The notes beneath the pieces are model-generated. The model had not been told where the DNA came from. It did not search any database and saw only the letters and a program-made list of their open reading frames with translations. The position numbers and the translations under genes are program-made. Below are positions 20,479 to 29,972 of a stretch of 64,000 nt of DNA, one piece after another (the stretch's first letter is position 1; the number at the start of each line of letters is the position of its first letter). The stretch spans positions 64,001-128,000 of the forward strand of contig CAWELD010000004.1 in the NCBI GenBank assembly GCA_963809895.1, in the 5' to 3' direction. This stretch comes from an uncultured Gemmatimonadales bacterium (GTDB taxonomy: Bacteria > Gemmatimonadota > Gemmatimonadetes > Longimicrobiales > Gaopeijiaceae).

Positions 20479-20510
20479 CCTCCCGACTCCACTGACGCGG
20501 GCTGAGCCGT

Positions 20511-20642
20511 TCAGGCAGCCTCGGCCAGAATCCCGTCCATCTGGCCCGCGGCGGCCCGGATCCTCTCTTCCATCCCCATGGCGACGAGCTGCTCCATGGC
20601 CTCGAGCGCCGGGAAGGTCATGACCGTGGTCATGCGCGTTCC
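20511..20642 (-). pseudogene. C-terminal remnant of an SRPBCC/AHSA1-like protein
   Basis: Reads GTRMTTVMTFPALEAMEQLVAMGMEERIRAAAGQMDGILAEAA*; an in-frame stop lies just upstream. Confidence 0.65.
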
Positions 20643-20690
20643 CTGCAATGGTCAGGGAGTCAGGAGCGGGCGTGCGTCGTGGACCGACGG

Positions 20691-21818
20691 TCATCCATCG
20701 CCGCGCGACCTCCCCCCACCCGGAATCCCCGCAGGCACCGCGCAGTTCTCGATCCCCGCCAGGGTGGCCGACGCGTCGGGGAAGTACCGGGTCCGCCACC
20801 GGAGCGCCACGTTCACGAGCCCGATCAGCACGGGGACCTCGACCAGGGGGCCGATGACGGCGGCGAAGGCGGCGCCGTGCCCGATGCCGAAGGTCGCCAC
20901 CGCCACGGCGATGGCCAGCTCGAAGTTGTTCGACGCCGCCGTGAACGAGAGCGTCGTGGTCCGCCGATAGTCCGCGCCCAGCCGCCGGCTCATGAAGAAG
21001 GTCAGCGCGAACATCACCACGAAGTAGATGAGCAGCGGCACCGCCACCCGCACCACACCCACGGGTTGCTGGAGGATGGCGCGCCCCTGGATCGAGAACA
21101 TGACGACGATGGTGAACAGCAGCGCGACCAGGGTGAGCGGCCCGATGCGGGGGACGAACTCGGCGTGATACCACGCCTTCCCCTTGAGCTTCACACCCAC
21201 GAAACGCGTGGCCATGCCGGCGATGAAGGGAATCCCCAGATAGATGAAGACGCTGCGCGCGATCTCACCCATGGTCACGTCGACTTCCGTGCCCTGGAGC
21301 CCCAGCCATCCGGGCAGCACGGTGATGAACAGCCACGCGTACACACTGAAGAAGAGGACCTGGAACACGGAATTGAACGCCACCAGACCCGCCGCGTACT
21401 CCGGGTCCCCCTCGGCCAGGTCGTTCCAGACGATGACCATGGCGATGCATCGCGCCAGCCCGATGAGGATCAGGCCGATCATGTACTCGGGATACCCGCG
21501 CAGGAAGATGACCGCGAGGGCGAACATGAGGATCGGTCCGACGATCCAGTTCTGCACGAGCGAAAGCCCCAGGATCTTCCCGTCGCGGAAGACGTCGCCC
21601 AGCTCCTCGTAGCGCACCTTGGCCAGCGGCGGGTACATCATGAGGATCAGCCCCAGCGCGATGGGCAGCGACGTGGTGCCGACCTGGGTGCGCTCGCTGA
21701 GCGTGCGCACGGCGTCGGGCCACAGGTAACCCAGCGCCACCCCCAGGGCCATGGCCGCGAAGATCCAGAGGGTGAGGAAGCGATCCAGGAAGGACAGCCT
21801 CTTCGGCAGCGCACTCAT
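20691..21818 (-). CDS. acr3: ACR3-family arsenite efflux transporter
   Basis: [50 protein letters not shown]. Confidence 0.96.
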   Translation of the reverse strand: MSALPKRLSFLDRFLTLWIFAAMALGVALGYLWPDAVRTLSERTQVGTTSLPIALGLILMMYPPLAKVRYEELGDVFRDGKILGLSLVQNWIVGPILMFALAVIFLRGYPEYMIGLILIGLARCIAMVIVWNDLAEGDPEYAAGLVAFNSVFQVLFFSVYAWLFITVLPGWLGLQGTEVDVTMGEIARSVFIYLGIPFIAGMATRFVGVKLKGKAWYHAEFVPRIGPLTLVALLFTIVVMFSIQGRAILQQPVGVVRVAVPLLIYFVVMFALTFFMSRRLGADYRRTTTLSFTAASNNFELAIAVAVATFGIGHGAAFAAVIGPLVEVPVLIGLVNVALRWRTRYFPDASATLAGIENCAVPAGIPGGGRSRGDG

Positions 21819-21819
21819 G

Positions 21820-22725
21820 TCACGAACAGCACGACGGGCCGCAGCAGGGGCGTTCCTCGGTCTCGACCTCGGCCGCCGCCGAGGGTGCCAGCGGCTTCCG
21901 CGCCCGCACGAAGGCCGACATGATCCGCCCCCCGACCGCTTCCGCCATGGCGTCGACGTCGAGTCCCGCCTCTTCCAGGAACGAGCGGGCGTCCTCGGGC
22001 TCGTAGACGCGGGTGGGCTCCAGACTCGGGTCCTCGAATCCCACCTCCCGCAGCAGCGTCTCGAACTCGCGCTCCTCCAGGGCGCCGGCGACGCAGCCGA
22101 CCCAGAGCTCCATGCTCCGTCGGATGCCGGCGGGAATCTCGCCCCGGACCACCACGTCCGAGACCGCGAAACGGCCACCCGGCTTCAGGACCCGGAACGC
22201 CTCGCCCAGCACCTGACGCTTGTCCGCCGAGAGGTTGATCACGCAGTTGCTGATGATCACGTCCACGCTGGCGTCCGGCAGCGGAATCGCCTCCATGTCG
22301 CCCCGCAGGAACTCCACGTTGGTCGCGCCGGCCTCCGCGGCGTTCTGCCGGGCCAGCGCCAGCATCTCGTCGGTCATGTCGAGTCCGTAGGCCTTGCCGC
22401 TCGCGCCCACGCGCCGCGCGCTCAGAAGCACGTCGATTCCGCCGCCGCTCCCCAGATCCAGGACGACCTCGCCCTCGTTCAACTCCGCGAGGGCCGTGGG
22501 ATTTCCGCAACCGAGCGACGCCAGCACCGCCTGCTCGGGCAGCGAGTCCGCCGTCACGGAGTCGTAGAGGTCCCGGGTGATGGGATCCGAGAACCCGCCG
22601 TCGGCCTTGGTGTCTCCGCATCCGCACGACGTGCCGCAGCAGGTGCCTTTGGTGCCGGCCTGGGCCCGCAGCGCCGCCTCGCCGTACTTCCGCCTCACCG
22701 TAGCCTTCAGATCATCCTGGCTCAT
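21820..22725 (-). CDS. arsM: Arsenite S-adenosylmethionine methyltransferase
   Basis: [35 protein letters not shown]; Cys-rich termini; alternative TTG start at 22746. Confidence 0.95.
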   Translation of the reverse strand: MSQDDLKATVRRKYGEAALRAQAGTKGTCCGTSCGCGDTKADGGFSDPITRDLYDSVTADSLPEQAVLASLGCGNPTALAELNEGEVVLDLGSGGGIDVLLSARRVGASGKAYGLDMTDEMLALARQNAAEAGATNVEFLRGDMEAIPLPDASVDVIISNCVINLSADKRQVLGEAFRVLKPGGRFAVSDVVVRGEIPAGIRRSMELWVGCVAGALEEREFETLLREVGFEDPSLEPTRVYEPEDARSFLEEAGLDVDAMAEAVGGRIMSAFVRARKPLAPSAAAEVETEERPCCGPSCCS

Positions 22726-22737
22726 GCCGTTCTCCGT

Positions 22738-22753
22738 ATCAATCAATCTTGAT
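22738..22753. promoter_or_regulatory. Candidate ArsR operator before arsM
   Basis: ATCAA-TCAATC-TTGAT inverted repeat. Confidence 0.55.
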
Positions 22754-22798
22754 GTGTCACCGAAAAAGAAGACGTGCCCACGAGTTCACCGCCGAGGC

Positions 22799-23131
22799 TC
22801 ACGAGCAGCACGGACCTTCGCGAGATGCGGGATCCCGCCAACGCGGCTCGGGCGTAACCTCGCCCAGGAACGCCCGCATCTCCTCCAACGCGTCCGGCAC
22901 CAGCGAATAGTGCACCCAGCGCCCGTCACGCCGGTCCGACACCACACCCGCATCCTTGAGCTTCTTCAGATGGAACGACAGGCGCGACTGGGCCGCATCC
23001 AGCGCCCCCTGAAGCTCGCACACGCAGTGCTCCCCGTCGGAGAGGAGCTGAACGATGCGGTAACGCGTGGGCTCGGCCACGGCCTGAAAGCGCTGTAGCA
23101 GTGCCTCGTCGGCAGCGAGTGTGTTCGACAT
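22799..23131 (-). CDS. arsR: ArsR/SmtB-family repressor
   Basis: EHCVCEL, QSRLSFHLKKL, RDGRWVHYSL; C-terminal PCCS. Confidence 0.93.
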   Translation of the reverse strand: MSNTLAADEALLQRFQAVAEPTRYRIVQLLSDGEHCVCELQGALDAAQSRLSFHLKKLKDAGVVSDRRDGRWVHYSLVPDALEEMRAFLGEVTPEPRWRDPASREGPCCS

Positions 23132-23138
23132 GGAGACA

Positions 23139-23165
23139 ACATATCAACGAATGTAGATATGTCAA
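23139..23165 (-). promoter_or_regulatory. arsR promoter/operator
   Basis: ACATATC-N10-GATATGT inverted repeat overlapping TTGACA (minus strand, 23160-23165). Confidence 0.65.
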
Positions 23166-23213
23166 CGGAGGCTGCCACCGGGACGGCTGCGAAGCCGCAG
23201 GACCCCTCCCCCA

Positions 23214-23242
23214 TTGCCCGCTGCGAACCCTCGGACCACAAT
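23214..23242 (+). promoter_or_regulatory. Sigma70 promoter for the riboswitch transcript
   Basis: TTGCCC-N17-CACAAT; predicted +1 falls at about 23249, the riboswitch 5' end. Confidence 0.6.
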
Positions 23243-23248
23243 TTCGTC

Positions 23249-23299
23249 GGCGATGGAGTTCGCCCTGAACCACCGCGGCCGCGGTTGATGACTCCTACC
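23249..23299 (+). ncRNA. Fluoride riboswitch (crcB motif)
   Basis: GGCGATGGAGTTCGCC...AAC..(ACCGC/GCGGT stem)..TGATGACTCCTAC; stem GGCGA/TCGCC and pseudoknot GGAGT/ACTCC. Confidence 0.9.
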
Positions 23300-23330
23300 G
23301 GATCCTCTCCGACGCCAGGAGTCGCACGCC

Positions 23331-23744
23331 ATGTCTCTCAACGATTCCCAACGGCGGGCCGTCAGCGCGACGTTCGCGCAGGTCAACGATCTGCTCGAAG
23401 ACGTGGAGCGCCTGGCCCGCTCGGAGTCGAACGGCTTCAGCCGCGAACGCTCGGATCTGACCGCCTCCGAGGCGGAGCGCCTCACCGTCCTCACGGCACA
23501 GGTGCGCGAGCGCATGCTCGAGGCCCTCGCCAACCTCTCCATCCCCCCGCCCGAGCCCGATGGCTCGGCTCGCTGGAGCGCGCAGACCGCGTTCCTCTTC
23601 GCCGGCATCGCCCTCTCGGAGCTTCAGGGCCGCCGCCTACGGGCCTACGGTGCGCTCACCGAAGACGATGAGGAGCACGTCACGGCGCTGGCCCGGGACC
23701 TCCGCCGCCTCGTCGAGCAGGGCCAGGCGCTCCTGAGGGGGTGA
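23331..23744 (+). CDS. Uncharacterised soluble helical protein under fluoride-riboswitch control
   Basis: AGGAG RBS 23317-23321; 137 aa; no convincing TM segment or signal peptide. Confidence 0.85.
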   Translation: MSLNDSQRRAVSATFAQVNDLLEDVERLARSESNGFSRERSDLTASEAERLTVLTAQVRERMLEALANLSIPPPEPDGSARWSAQTAFLFAGIALSELQGRRLRAYGALTEDDEEHVTALARDLRRLVEQGQALLRG

Positions 23745-23795
23745 CGGCGCGTGCGGAGCGCGTGAGCCGGCCACGCGAGGCGGGCACCCGCGCCC

Positions 23796-23837
23796 TTGAC
23801 GATGTCGTGATTTCGTCTATAGTGCTTTTCACGATAT
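23796..23837 (+). promoter_or_regulatory. Sigma70 promoter with overlapping candidate PadR operator
   Basis: TTGACG 23796-23801, TATAGT 23818-23823; ATGTCGTGA...TCACGATAT inverted repeat. Confidence 0.65.
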
Positions 23838-23870
23838 TTGGAAGATCAACTCGCCGGAGAGCCCGCCCGC

Positions 23871-24233
23871 ATGCCCGATCCCGCACCGACCGACCACCAC
23901 CCCCTTCCCGAGCTCGCGTTCAACGTCCTCCTGGCCCTGGGCGGTGAGCCGCGCCACGGTTATGCCATCATCCAGGACATCGAGGCACGGACGGGAGCGC
24001 AGAGCACGGTGCGCTCCGGAACGCTGTACGCCGTCCTCCAGTCCCTGCATTCCCGCGGGCTGATCGCGGACGCAGCGGCTCCGGACGGGGTGGATCGCCG
24101 GCGTCGCTACTATCGGATCACCGGTGCTGGACGCGAGGCCGTGGCTCGTGAAGCGTCGCGTCTGGCCGGGCTCGTGCGTCGTGCCGTGGAATTGGATCTC
24201 GCGCCCGGCGCCCTGGACCCGGGGACCCCTTGA
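23871..24233 (+). CDS. PadR-family transcriptional regulator
   Basis: FNVLLAL..EPRHGYAII, SGTLYAVL, DRRRRYYRIT. Confidence 0.92.
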   Translation: MPDPAPTDHHPLPELAFNVLLALGGEPRHGYAIIQDIEARTGAQSTVRSGTLYAVLQSLHSRGLIADAAAPDGVDRRRRYYRITGAGREAVAREASRLAGLVRRAVELDLAPGALDPGTP

Positions 24234-26865
24234 GCCGGCACCTGTCGAGGACACACCGCATCCTCCTGCGCCTGCATCGGTTCCTGCTGGCTCGCTTCCC
24301 GCGCAGTTTCCCCCGGCCTGGGCCACGGATGCGCACGAAACGACGCGCAACCTGGTCGCGAGCGCGTGCCGGCGCGGATGGTGGGCGGGAGTCGTCACAG
24401 GCGTCGCGGAGTGCATGGACGTCGTGCGCCTGGGCCTGTCCGGCCTCGCCCCGCCACCTTCGCGAGTCCTCCGGGACGCGCTGTACGGACTCCGGCGCCT
24501 CCGGGCCCGGCCGGTTCGCACGCTGTCGCTCGTCCTCGTGTTGGCCGTGGGCATCGGCGCCAGCACCGCGGTCTTCAGCGTGGTGAACAACACGCTGCTC
24601 CGACCCATGATGCTGCATGACATCGATGGCCTCGTGCGCATCGACGACGTGGTACCCGGCAGCTCCCAGAACTCGAACGTTTCGCCGTTGAACGCCCAGG
24701 CTTTGGCGGAGGACGCCACGACCCTCGCGCCGGTCATCGTTCAGGACTATCGGCCCTTCGTCATCACCGGAGAGGGCGAGCCCGAGCGGGTGCGGGGTGC
24801 GGGTGTGTCCGGGGGATTCAGCGCGGGGCTGGGCGTCGAGCCCGTGCAAGGGCGCTTCTTCACGGCCGACGAGCAGCGCCTTGGCGAGGCCGCCGGAACG
24901 GTACTGGTGAGCTGGGAGCTGTGGCAGAGGCGTTGGGGAGGAGCGCCCGACGCGCTGGGTGCCACGGTGACGCTCAATGGCACACCCCGCACCATCGTGG
25001 GCGTCATGCCCCGGGGATTCCACTTTCCCTACGAGGCGGACGTCTGGGTTCCTCTGGACTACGAGCCGACACAGGCCGACGCGCACTATCTGCTCGTCTT
25101 CGGACGCCTCGCCCCGGACCGGACGGCAGGGGACGTTCAGCGCGAGCTGGACCGGATCTCGGCACAGGTGCGCGAAGCGGCCCCGGCGGCCAATCGCGAG
25201 CTGACCATGCGCGCCATGTCCCTGCGCGACAATCTCGTGCGTGGGTATGATCGCACGGCGCTCGCCCTGCTGTCGGTGGTCGGATTCCTGCTGCTCGTGG
25301 GAGCGGTGAACGTCGCGAGTCTGGGGCTGGCCGAAGCCCGCTCGCGTGCCCGGGAAATGTCGATCCGGTCGGCGCTGGGAGCCAGTCGCCGAGCACAGAT
25401 CGCTCAGCTCCTCACCGAAGCGGGCCTGCTCGCGACCCTGGGGGGCGTGGCGGGTCTCGGCCTGGCGCGAGCCCTGCGTCCGCTGCTCTCGCTCCTGGTT
25501 CCTCCGGTCATGAGCGTGGAGCTGGCCCAGGATGCCATCGTCTTCGATCATCGGGTGCTGCTCTTCGCGCTGGGCGCTTCGGTCCTGGCGGCGCTGGTGG
25601 CCGGCGTGCTTCCCGCGACTCGGGCCGCCGTCCGGGATCCTGCGACGACGTTGCGTGCCGGCGGACGCGTGGAACGCGGAGGCCGCGCGAGCTCGGGCTT
25701 GATGATCGTCGGACTGGAGCTGGCGCTGGCCGTGGTGCTCCTCACCGGTGCGAGCGCGGTCACCGCTGCCTTCGTGCGGGATCGGGCACGCCCCCTCGGC
25801 TACCGACCCCAGGGCGTACTCACGCTGCGCACCTCGCTCCCGGAAGATCGATACCCTGGAGAAGGGCGCCGCACCGATGTCGTGGAAGCGCTTCGCGCCG
25901 CCGTCGAGGAGCTCCCCGGAGTGGCCGCGGTGGGGCTGCAGACCGGCAATCCGGTTCGCGGCGGCTGGGTCGCGCGAGCGAGCGCCCTCCAGCCCACCAC
26001 AGCGACGGACTCCATCCCGGCCTACGTGCGACTCGCCACCCCCGGGGTCCTGGAGAGCCTGGATGTGCCTCTCCTCGCTGGACGCCCTCTGGATCGTCGC
26101 GACGACGGGGGCCCTCCGGCGGTGGTGGTCTCCCGCGATCTGGCTCGGCGTCTCTGGGGCGATGCACGGGCGGCGGTGGGGCAGCGCTTGAGGCTGCCGG
26201 ATGCACCGGCCGACGCCACCGAATGGCAGGTGGTCGGTGTGTGCGGCGACGTGCGCGAGCAGGGCGAGGTCACCGCTGCCGTGTATCTGCCCTATGCCAG
26301 ACAGAGGGGCCGCCTCCCCGCACAGGAGGTCGACCTGTTCGTGCGGGCCGCCAGTGGACGCGCCGGTGACGTCGCCGTGGCCGTCCGCGACGCGGCGCAC
26401 CGCGTCGACCCCGACCTGGCCCTGTACGGTGTGCAGCCCATGACCGAGGTGCGCACCGTGGCGCAGGCACTGGAGCGGGCCGGCGCCACACTCGCCGCCG
26501 GTTTCATCGGCTTCGGCCTGCTCCTCTCCGCCATCGGTGTGTTCGGCGTCGTATCCAACATCTCGGCGGGAGCCGCCCGCGCCATGAGTGTCCGCAAGGC
26601 TCTGGGCGCGCGACCGGGCGCGCTCCTGCTTGCGGCCCTGCGGCCCACCACGCAGGCCGTCACAGGCGGTCTGGTCGTGGGTCTGGCGAGCGCCTGGCTC
26701 GTGAACCGCCTGTTGGCGGCGCGTGTGGAGGGACTGCCGCACCCGGATCCCTGGCTCTACGCCCTGGTCGCAGCAGTCCTCGCAGTGGTGGCGTTCGCGG
26801 CGGCGCTGGGGCCATTGATCAGATCCACGCGCGTCGATCCCGCGCGGGTGCTCCGAGAGGGCTGA
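24230..26865 (+). CDS. ADOP-like duplicated permease with an apparent frameshift near 24310
   Basis: TTG start overlaps the padR stop; LLRLHRFLLARFPRSF is in one frame and the rest (REMSIRSALGA...STRVDP) in another. Confidence 0.8.
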
Positions 26866-26972
26866 CCCGGTGGCCACACGTCATCCTTGCAATCGGAAAC
26901 CTCGGTGACCGACTGTAGGCGCATTCCCGAATCCCCGGGATCTGCTGTTGTACCTCCAGTCAGGGGGAATTC

Positions 26973-27353
26973 ATGCGACGATTGGCGTTGGTCCTCGTCC
27001 TGGCCATCGGGCTCGGTGGCTGCTATCACGTCACGGTGAACACCGGGATCACGCCCGGCACCCAACAGATCCACCAGCCGTGGGCGAAGAGCTTCGTCTA
27101 CGGCCTGGTTCCCCCCGAGACCGTCGAAGCGATGGAGCAGTGCGGCTCGGCGGGCGTGGCACGGGTGGAGAGCCAGATCACCTTCCTCAACGGGCTCGTC
27201 TCGGTGCTGACATTGAGCATCTTCACGCCCATGGACATTCTGGTCACCTGCGGCAACAGCTCCATGGAAGACCTCCAGGTCGTGAAGGACCGCGCCGGCT
27301 TCGAGGCAGCGCTCGAGAGCGGCCAGCCGTTCCTGGTGCCCGTGACACCGTAG
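26973..27353 (+). CDS. Bor/Iss-family lipoprotein
   Basis: Lipobox LGGC; SFVYGL..C...VESQITFLNGL...IFTP...C. Confidence 0.8.
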   Translation: MRRLALVLVLAIGLGGCYHVTVNTGITPGTQQIHQPWAKSFVYGLVPPETVEAMEQCGSAGVARVESQITFLNGLVSVLTLSIFTPMDILVTCGNSSMEDLQVVKDRAGFEAALESGQPFLVPVTP

Positions 27354-27365
27354 GCGGGCGCCCCC

Positions 27366-27420
27366 AGCAGGTCGCTGAAGAAGGGGAGCACCCCGGCAGC
27401 CGCGCGTCGCTGGGGTGCTC
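27366..27420. repeat. Dispersed repeat end (shared with 55608) plus hairpin between convergent genes
   Basis: AGCAGGTCGCTGAAGAAGGGGAGC is identical at 27366 and 55608; GAGCACCCC...GGGGTGCTC hairpin 27386-27420. Confidence 0.75.
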
Positions 27421-27907
27421 ACCCGCGCGCGCGCAGCGCCTCGTACTCCCGCCAGACGAGCGCCATGATCACGAGATCGAGGGCGGTCAGGAACGCCAGG
27501 CCGGTCGAGTAACCCACGAGGAGCCGGTAGCCCTGGTAGAGGATGAAAAGCCCCAGGAAACCGAGCGCCCACGGAAAGACCCGGATCCTCTCGCGGATGA
27601 GGCCCCCGACCAGCACGAGCTTCACCACGCCGTGCACCAGAAGGTAGGCGGCCGCGAAATGCGCGGTCCCGGCCCCGATGTGGGCGAAGTGCTCGACGAG
27701 CCATCCGGCCACCGCGTCTCTGGGGTCTTCGGACAACTCGTGCTGGGTCAAGAAGGTGACGGCTCGCCCCACTCCCGCCGGCCCGAAGACGACGAGCAAG
27801 CCGCCACCCACGATCTCCAGGAGGCCGTCGAAACCCTTCACCACCACTCCGGCCTGGAAGAGCCGGTGGCGCCACCAGCTGGAGGGCCGGCCCCATACGG
27901 TCTTCAC
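27419..27907 (-). CDS. DUF2127-like membrane protein
   Basis: KGFDGLLEIVGG, ELSEDPRD, YLLVHGVVKL, WREY. Confidence 0.8.
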   Translation of the reverse strand: MKTVWGRPSSWWRHRLFQAGVVVKGFDGLLEIVGGGLLVVFGPAGVGRAVTFLTQHELSEDPRDAVAGWLVEHFAHIGAGTAHFAAAYLLVHGVVKLVLVGGLIRERIRVFPWALGFLGLFILYQGYRLLVGYSTGLAFLTALDLVIMALVWREYEALRARG

Positions 27908-28033
27908 GCGGTACCGGCTCCTCGGTTGGAGTGGAAGGAGTACGATCGAACGCTTCAGCCCTCACGAACATATCGGAAGACCACGGTCACGCCCTCCCCG
28001 TTCAGATCCTGTGGGATTTCGAGCGCGCCGTCG

Positions 28034-29053
28034 CTAGCCGGGCCGGTAGATCTCCAGGACCGGGCGCCCTCCGACCCGCTCGATGGGCAGGTAGACCCGA
28101 TGCGTGGCCGGGTCCACGGCCACGGTGTGGGCGCTGGGGATGCGGAGATCGCCGAGCTCGACCAGGGTGCCGCCGTCCTCCTCGAACACGTTCACCACGC
28201 CCGATTCACAGGCCACGTAGAGGCGTCCGAGTCCCGGATCTACGGCCAGGACATCGGGACCTGCACCGACGGAGTGGGTCGACAGCAGACGCATGGACGG
28301 CAGCTCGAGCACGAACAGGGTGGCGTTCTCTTCATCGGCCACGAAGAGGAGCCGGCGGTCGGGGTCGAGGGCCAGGCCGTGAGGCCGTTTCGCCCCCGCG
28401 ACCGGGAAACGCTCGACGATCGTCGCGGTGGCCGGGTCGATGGCCGCGATCTCCGCGCGGGTCTGCACGGCTACCAGGATCCGCTTGCTCACCGGGTCCC
28501 AGATCGTGTTTCCGGCCTCTCCCCCGAGCTCTACGATCCCCACGACCGTGTCCGCGACGGCATCGATGACGAGCTCCCGCCCGGCACGCGACTCGTCGGA
28601 GACGAACACCCGGGTCGACCCGGGAGCGTAGGCGAGGCCGTCGGCGTAGCCGATGGGTCCCAGACGGGCCGCGGTCTCGAGGCTTGCCGCGTCGATGACG
28701 GCGACCTGGCGATCCTCCGTGGCCGTTGCGAACACCTTGTGCAGCTCAGGCACCGCGATCACCCCGTGGACCGCGGAGAATCCAGGCAGGTCGGCCACGA
28801 CCTCCTCGCTCCCGGTGTCGAACACGAGAAGGCTGCCCGCGTTCATGTGCGCGACGTAGAGCCGCCCGGCCGCGGTGTCCACGCTCTGATAGTCGAAGCG
28901 CACGGCGCTGCCCGGGAGCGGGATCTCGGCCACGTGTCGGAGGCCGGCCGCTGCCTCGGGCACCCGCACCGCCTGGCCCTGACACGCGGTCGGTCCTGTG
29001 ATGAGTCCGAGCGCGAGGGCTATGCGGGATGCGATCCTGACGTGGGGGGTCAT
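28034..29053 (-). CDS. YncE/YVTN-family beta-propeller, probably exported
   Basis: Signal-like N-terminus ending TAC; RFDYQSVD, RLYVAH, VHGV, PHGLALD, GPDVLA, AHTVAVDP. Confidence 0.85.
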   Translation of the reverse strand: MTPHVRIASRIALALGLITGPTACQGQAVRVPEAAAGLRHVAEIPLPGSAVRFDYQSVDTAAGRLYVAHMNAGSLLVFDTGSEEVVADLPGFSAVHGVIAVPELHKVFATATEDRQVAVIDAASLETAARLGPIGYADGLAYAPGSTRVFVSDESRAGRELVIDAVADTVVGIVELGGEAGNTIWDPVSKRILVAVQTRAEIAAIDPATATIVERFPVAGAKRPHGLALDPDRRLLFVADEENATLFVLELPSMRLLSTHSVGAGPDVLAVDPGLGRLYVACESGVVNVFEEDGGTLVELGDLRIPSAHTVAVDPATHRVYLPIERVGGRPVLEIYRPG

Positions 29054-29338
29054 GTAGCCCCACTCCAACTCGAGTCGTTGTCGTCCTGTCTCCATCCGAC
29101 AGTGTAGCGCGGTGTTGAGGGCTCCGTCAGACCGCCGGCCGCAGGTGCTCTCCCCGGGCGAGCACGAGCCAGATGGATGGCCAACCCCCAAGGTCGAGGT
29201 CGAGTATGCGACCCGAACCTGCAGATGTACGGCGCAGATCGGGTCGCTCGTCCGAGACACGAGCGCCGCGATAAGGCGTGCGGCCCGGGCGCGATGGTGC
29301 AAACCCTCCGCTCGTGCGCCTGCGATCGGCGTTCGGTC

Positions 29339-29427
29339 GATTCGACTTGACCGATGGGTCGAATCAAACTCCCACCGAATCCATGGATCGCGCTTGGCTC
29401 GATCGAACCGACTCAGCGAGCCGAATC
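29339..29427. repeat. Second, more degenerate pair of the 27-bp palindrome
   Basis: 29339-29365 GATTCGACTTGACCGATGGGTCGAATC and 29401-29427 GATCGAACCGACTCAGCGAGCCGAATC, 35-bp spacer. Confidence 0.7.
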
Positions 29428-29552
29428 GCCCGTTCGTGCGCGCAGGCACGGCCGCTACACCCGAAAGGGCCCGACCTCGTCGACTCGCCAAATGACCGAC
29501 CGATGGACCGTTGTCGACCACGTCTACCCCAAGGTGCCCCCGACCCCTACGA

Positions 29553-29587
29553 AAGCGCCCCGACGACCTGAGGCCGTCGGGGCGCTT
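29553..29587 (-). terminator. Rho-independent terminator after the tRNA pair
   Basis: AAGCGCCCCGACG-N9-CGTCGGGGCGCTT stem. Confidence 0.75.
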
Positions 29588-29605
29588 CTCATTCGGACAC
29601 CACTA

Positions 29606-29678
29606 TGGTCGCTGCAGGACTCGAACCTGCGACTTCTACGATGTGAACGTAGCGCTCTACCAGCTGAGCTAAGCGACC
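29606..29678 (-). tRNA. tRNA-Val (CAC), CCA not encoded
   Basis: Acceptor GGTCGCT/AGCGACC; anticodon arm CTACG-TTCACAT-CGTAG; T-loop TTCGAGT. Confidence 0.96.
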
Positions 29679-29682
29679 CCAG

Positions 29683-29755
29683 TACCCCCACGGGGAGTCG
29701 AACCCCGGTCTCCGCGCTGAGAACGCGATATCCTGGACCACTAGACGATGGGGGC
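29683..29755 (-). tRNA. tRNA-Glu (CTC), CCA not encoded
   Basis: Acceptor GCCCCCA/TGGGGGT; anticodon loop TTCTCAG; T-arm CGGGG-TTCGACT-CCCCG. Confidence 0.95.
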
Positions 29756-29787
29756 AAAGCAGCCTCCCAGAATTCGGGAGGGCCCTA

Positions 29788-29815
29788 AATCTACCAGGGC
29801 CCAGGGGGCTGTCAA
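29788..29815 (-). promoter_or_regulatory. Sigma70 promoter of the tRNA operon
   Basis: TTGACA-N16-TAGATT on the minus strand. Confidence 0.7.
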
Positions 29816-29972
29816 CTCCCGGGGAGCGCCGATCCAGGCGCTCTTCCGCCAGGTTCCCCCTCACCCCGTCGCCGCCCCGTCTCGCGGGTCCGCGCATGCG
29901 CCCGGATCCGACGACCGGCTGCGGGGTTATGCCTCCGGTCGCATACGGTTCTCTCGCGGAAAGCAGCCAGCT

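Noticed and set aside
24118..26877. Long antisense ORFs (also 198-2162, 35528-38461, 53280-55892 and others)
   Set aside because: Shadow ORFs opposite well-supported genes, as expected at high GC3; no motifs
29054..29130. Second fluoride riboswitch upstream of the YncE-like gene (GATGGAG in a hairpin, minus strand)
   Set aside because: Lacks the downstream TGATG/ACTCC pseudoknot partner
29606..29755. tRNA-anchored genomic island or prophage
   Set aside because: I found no duplicated tRNA 3' end, integrase or phage gene in the window
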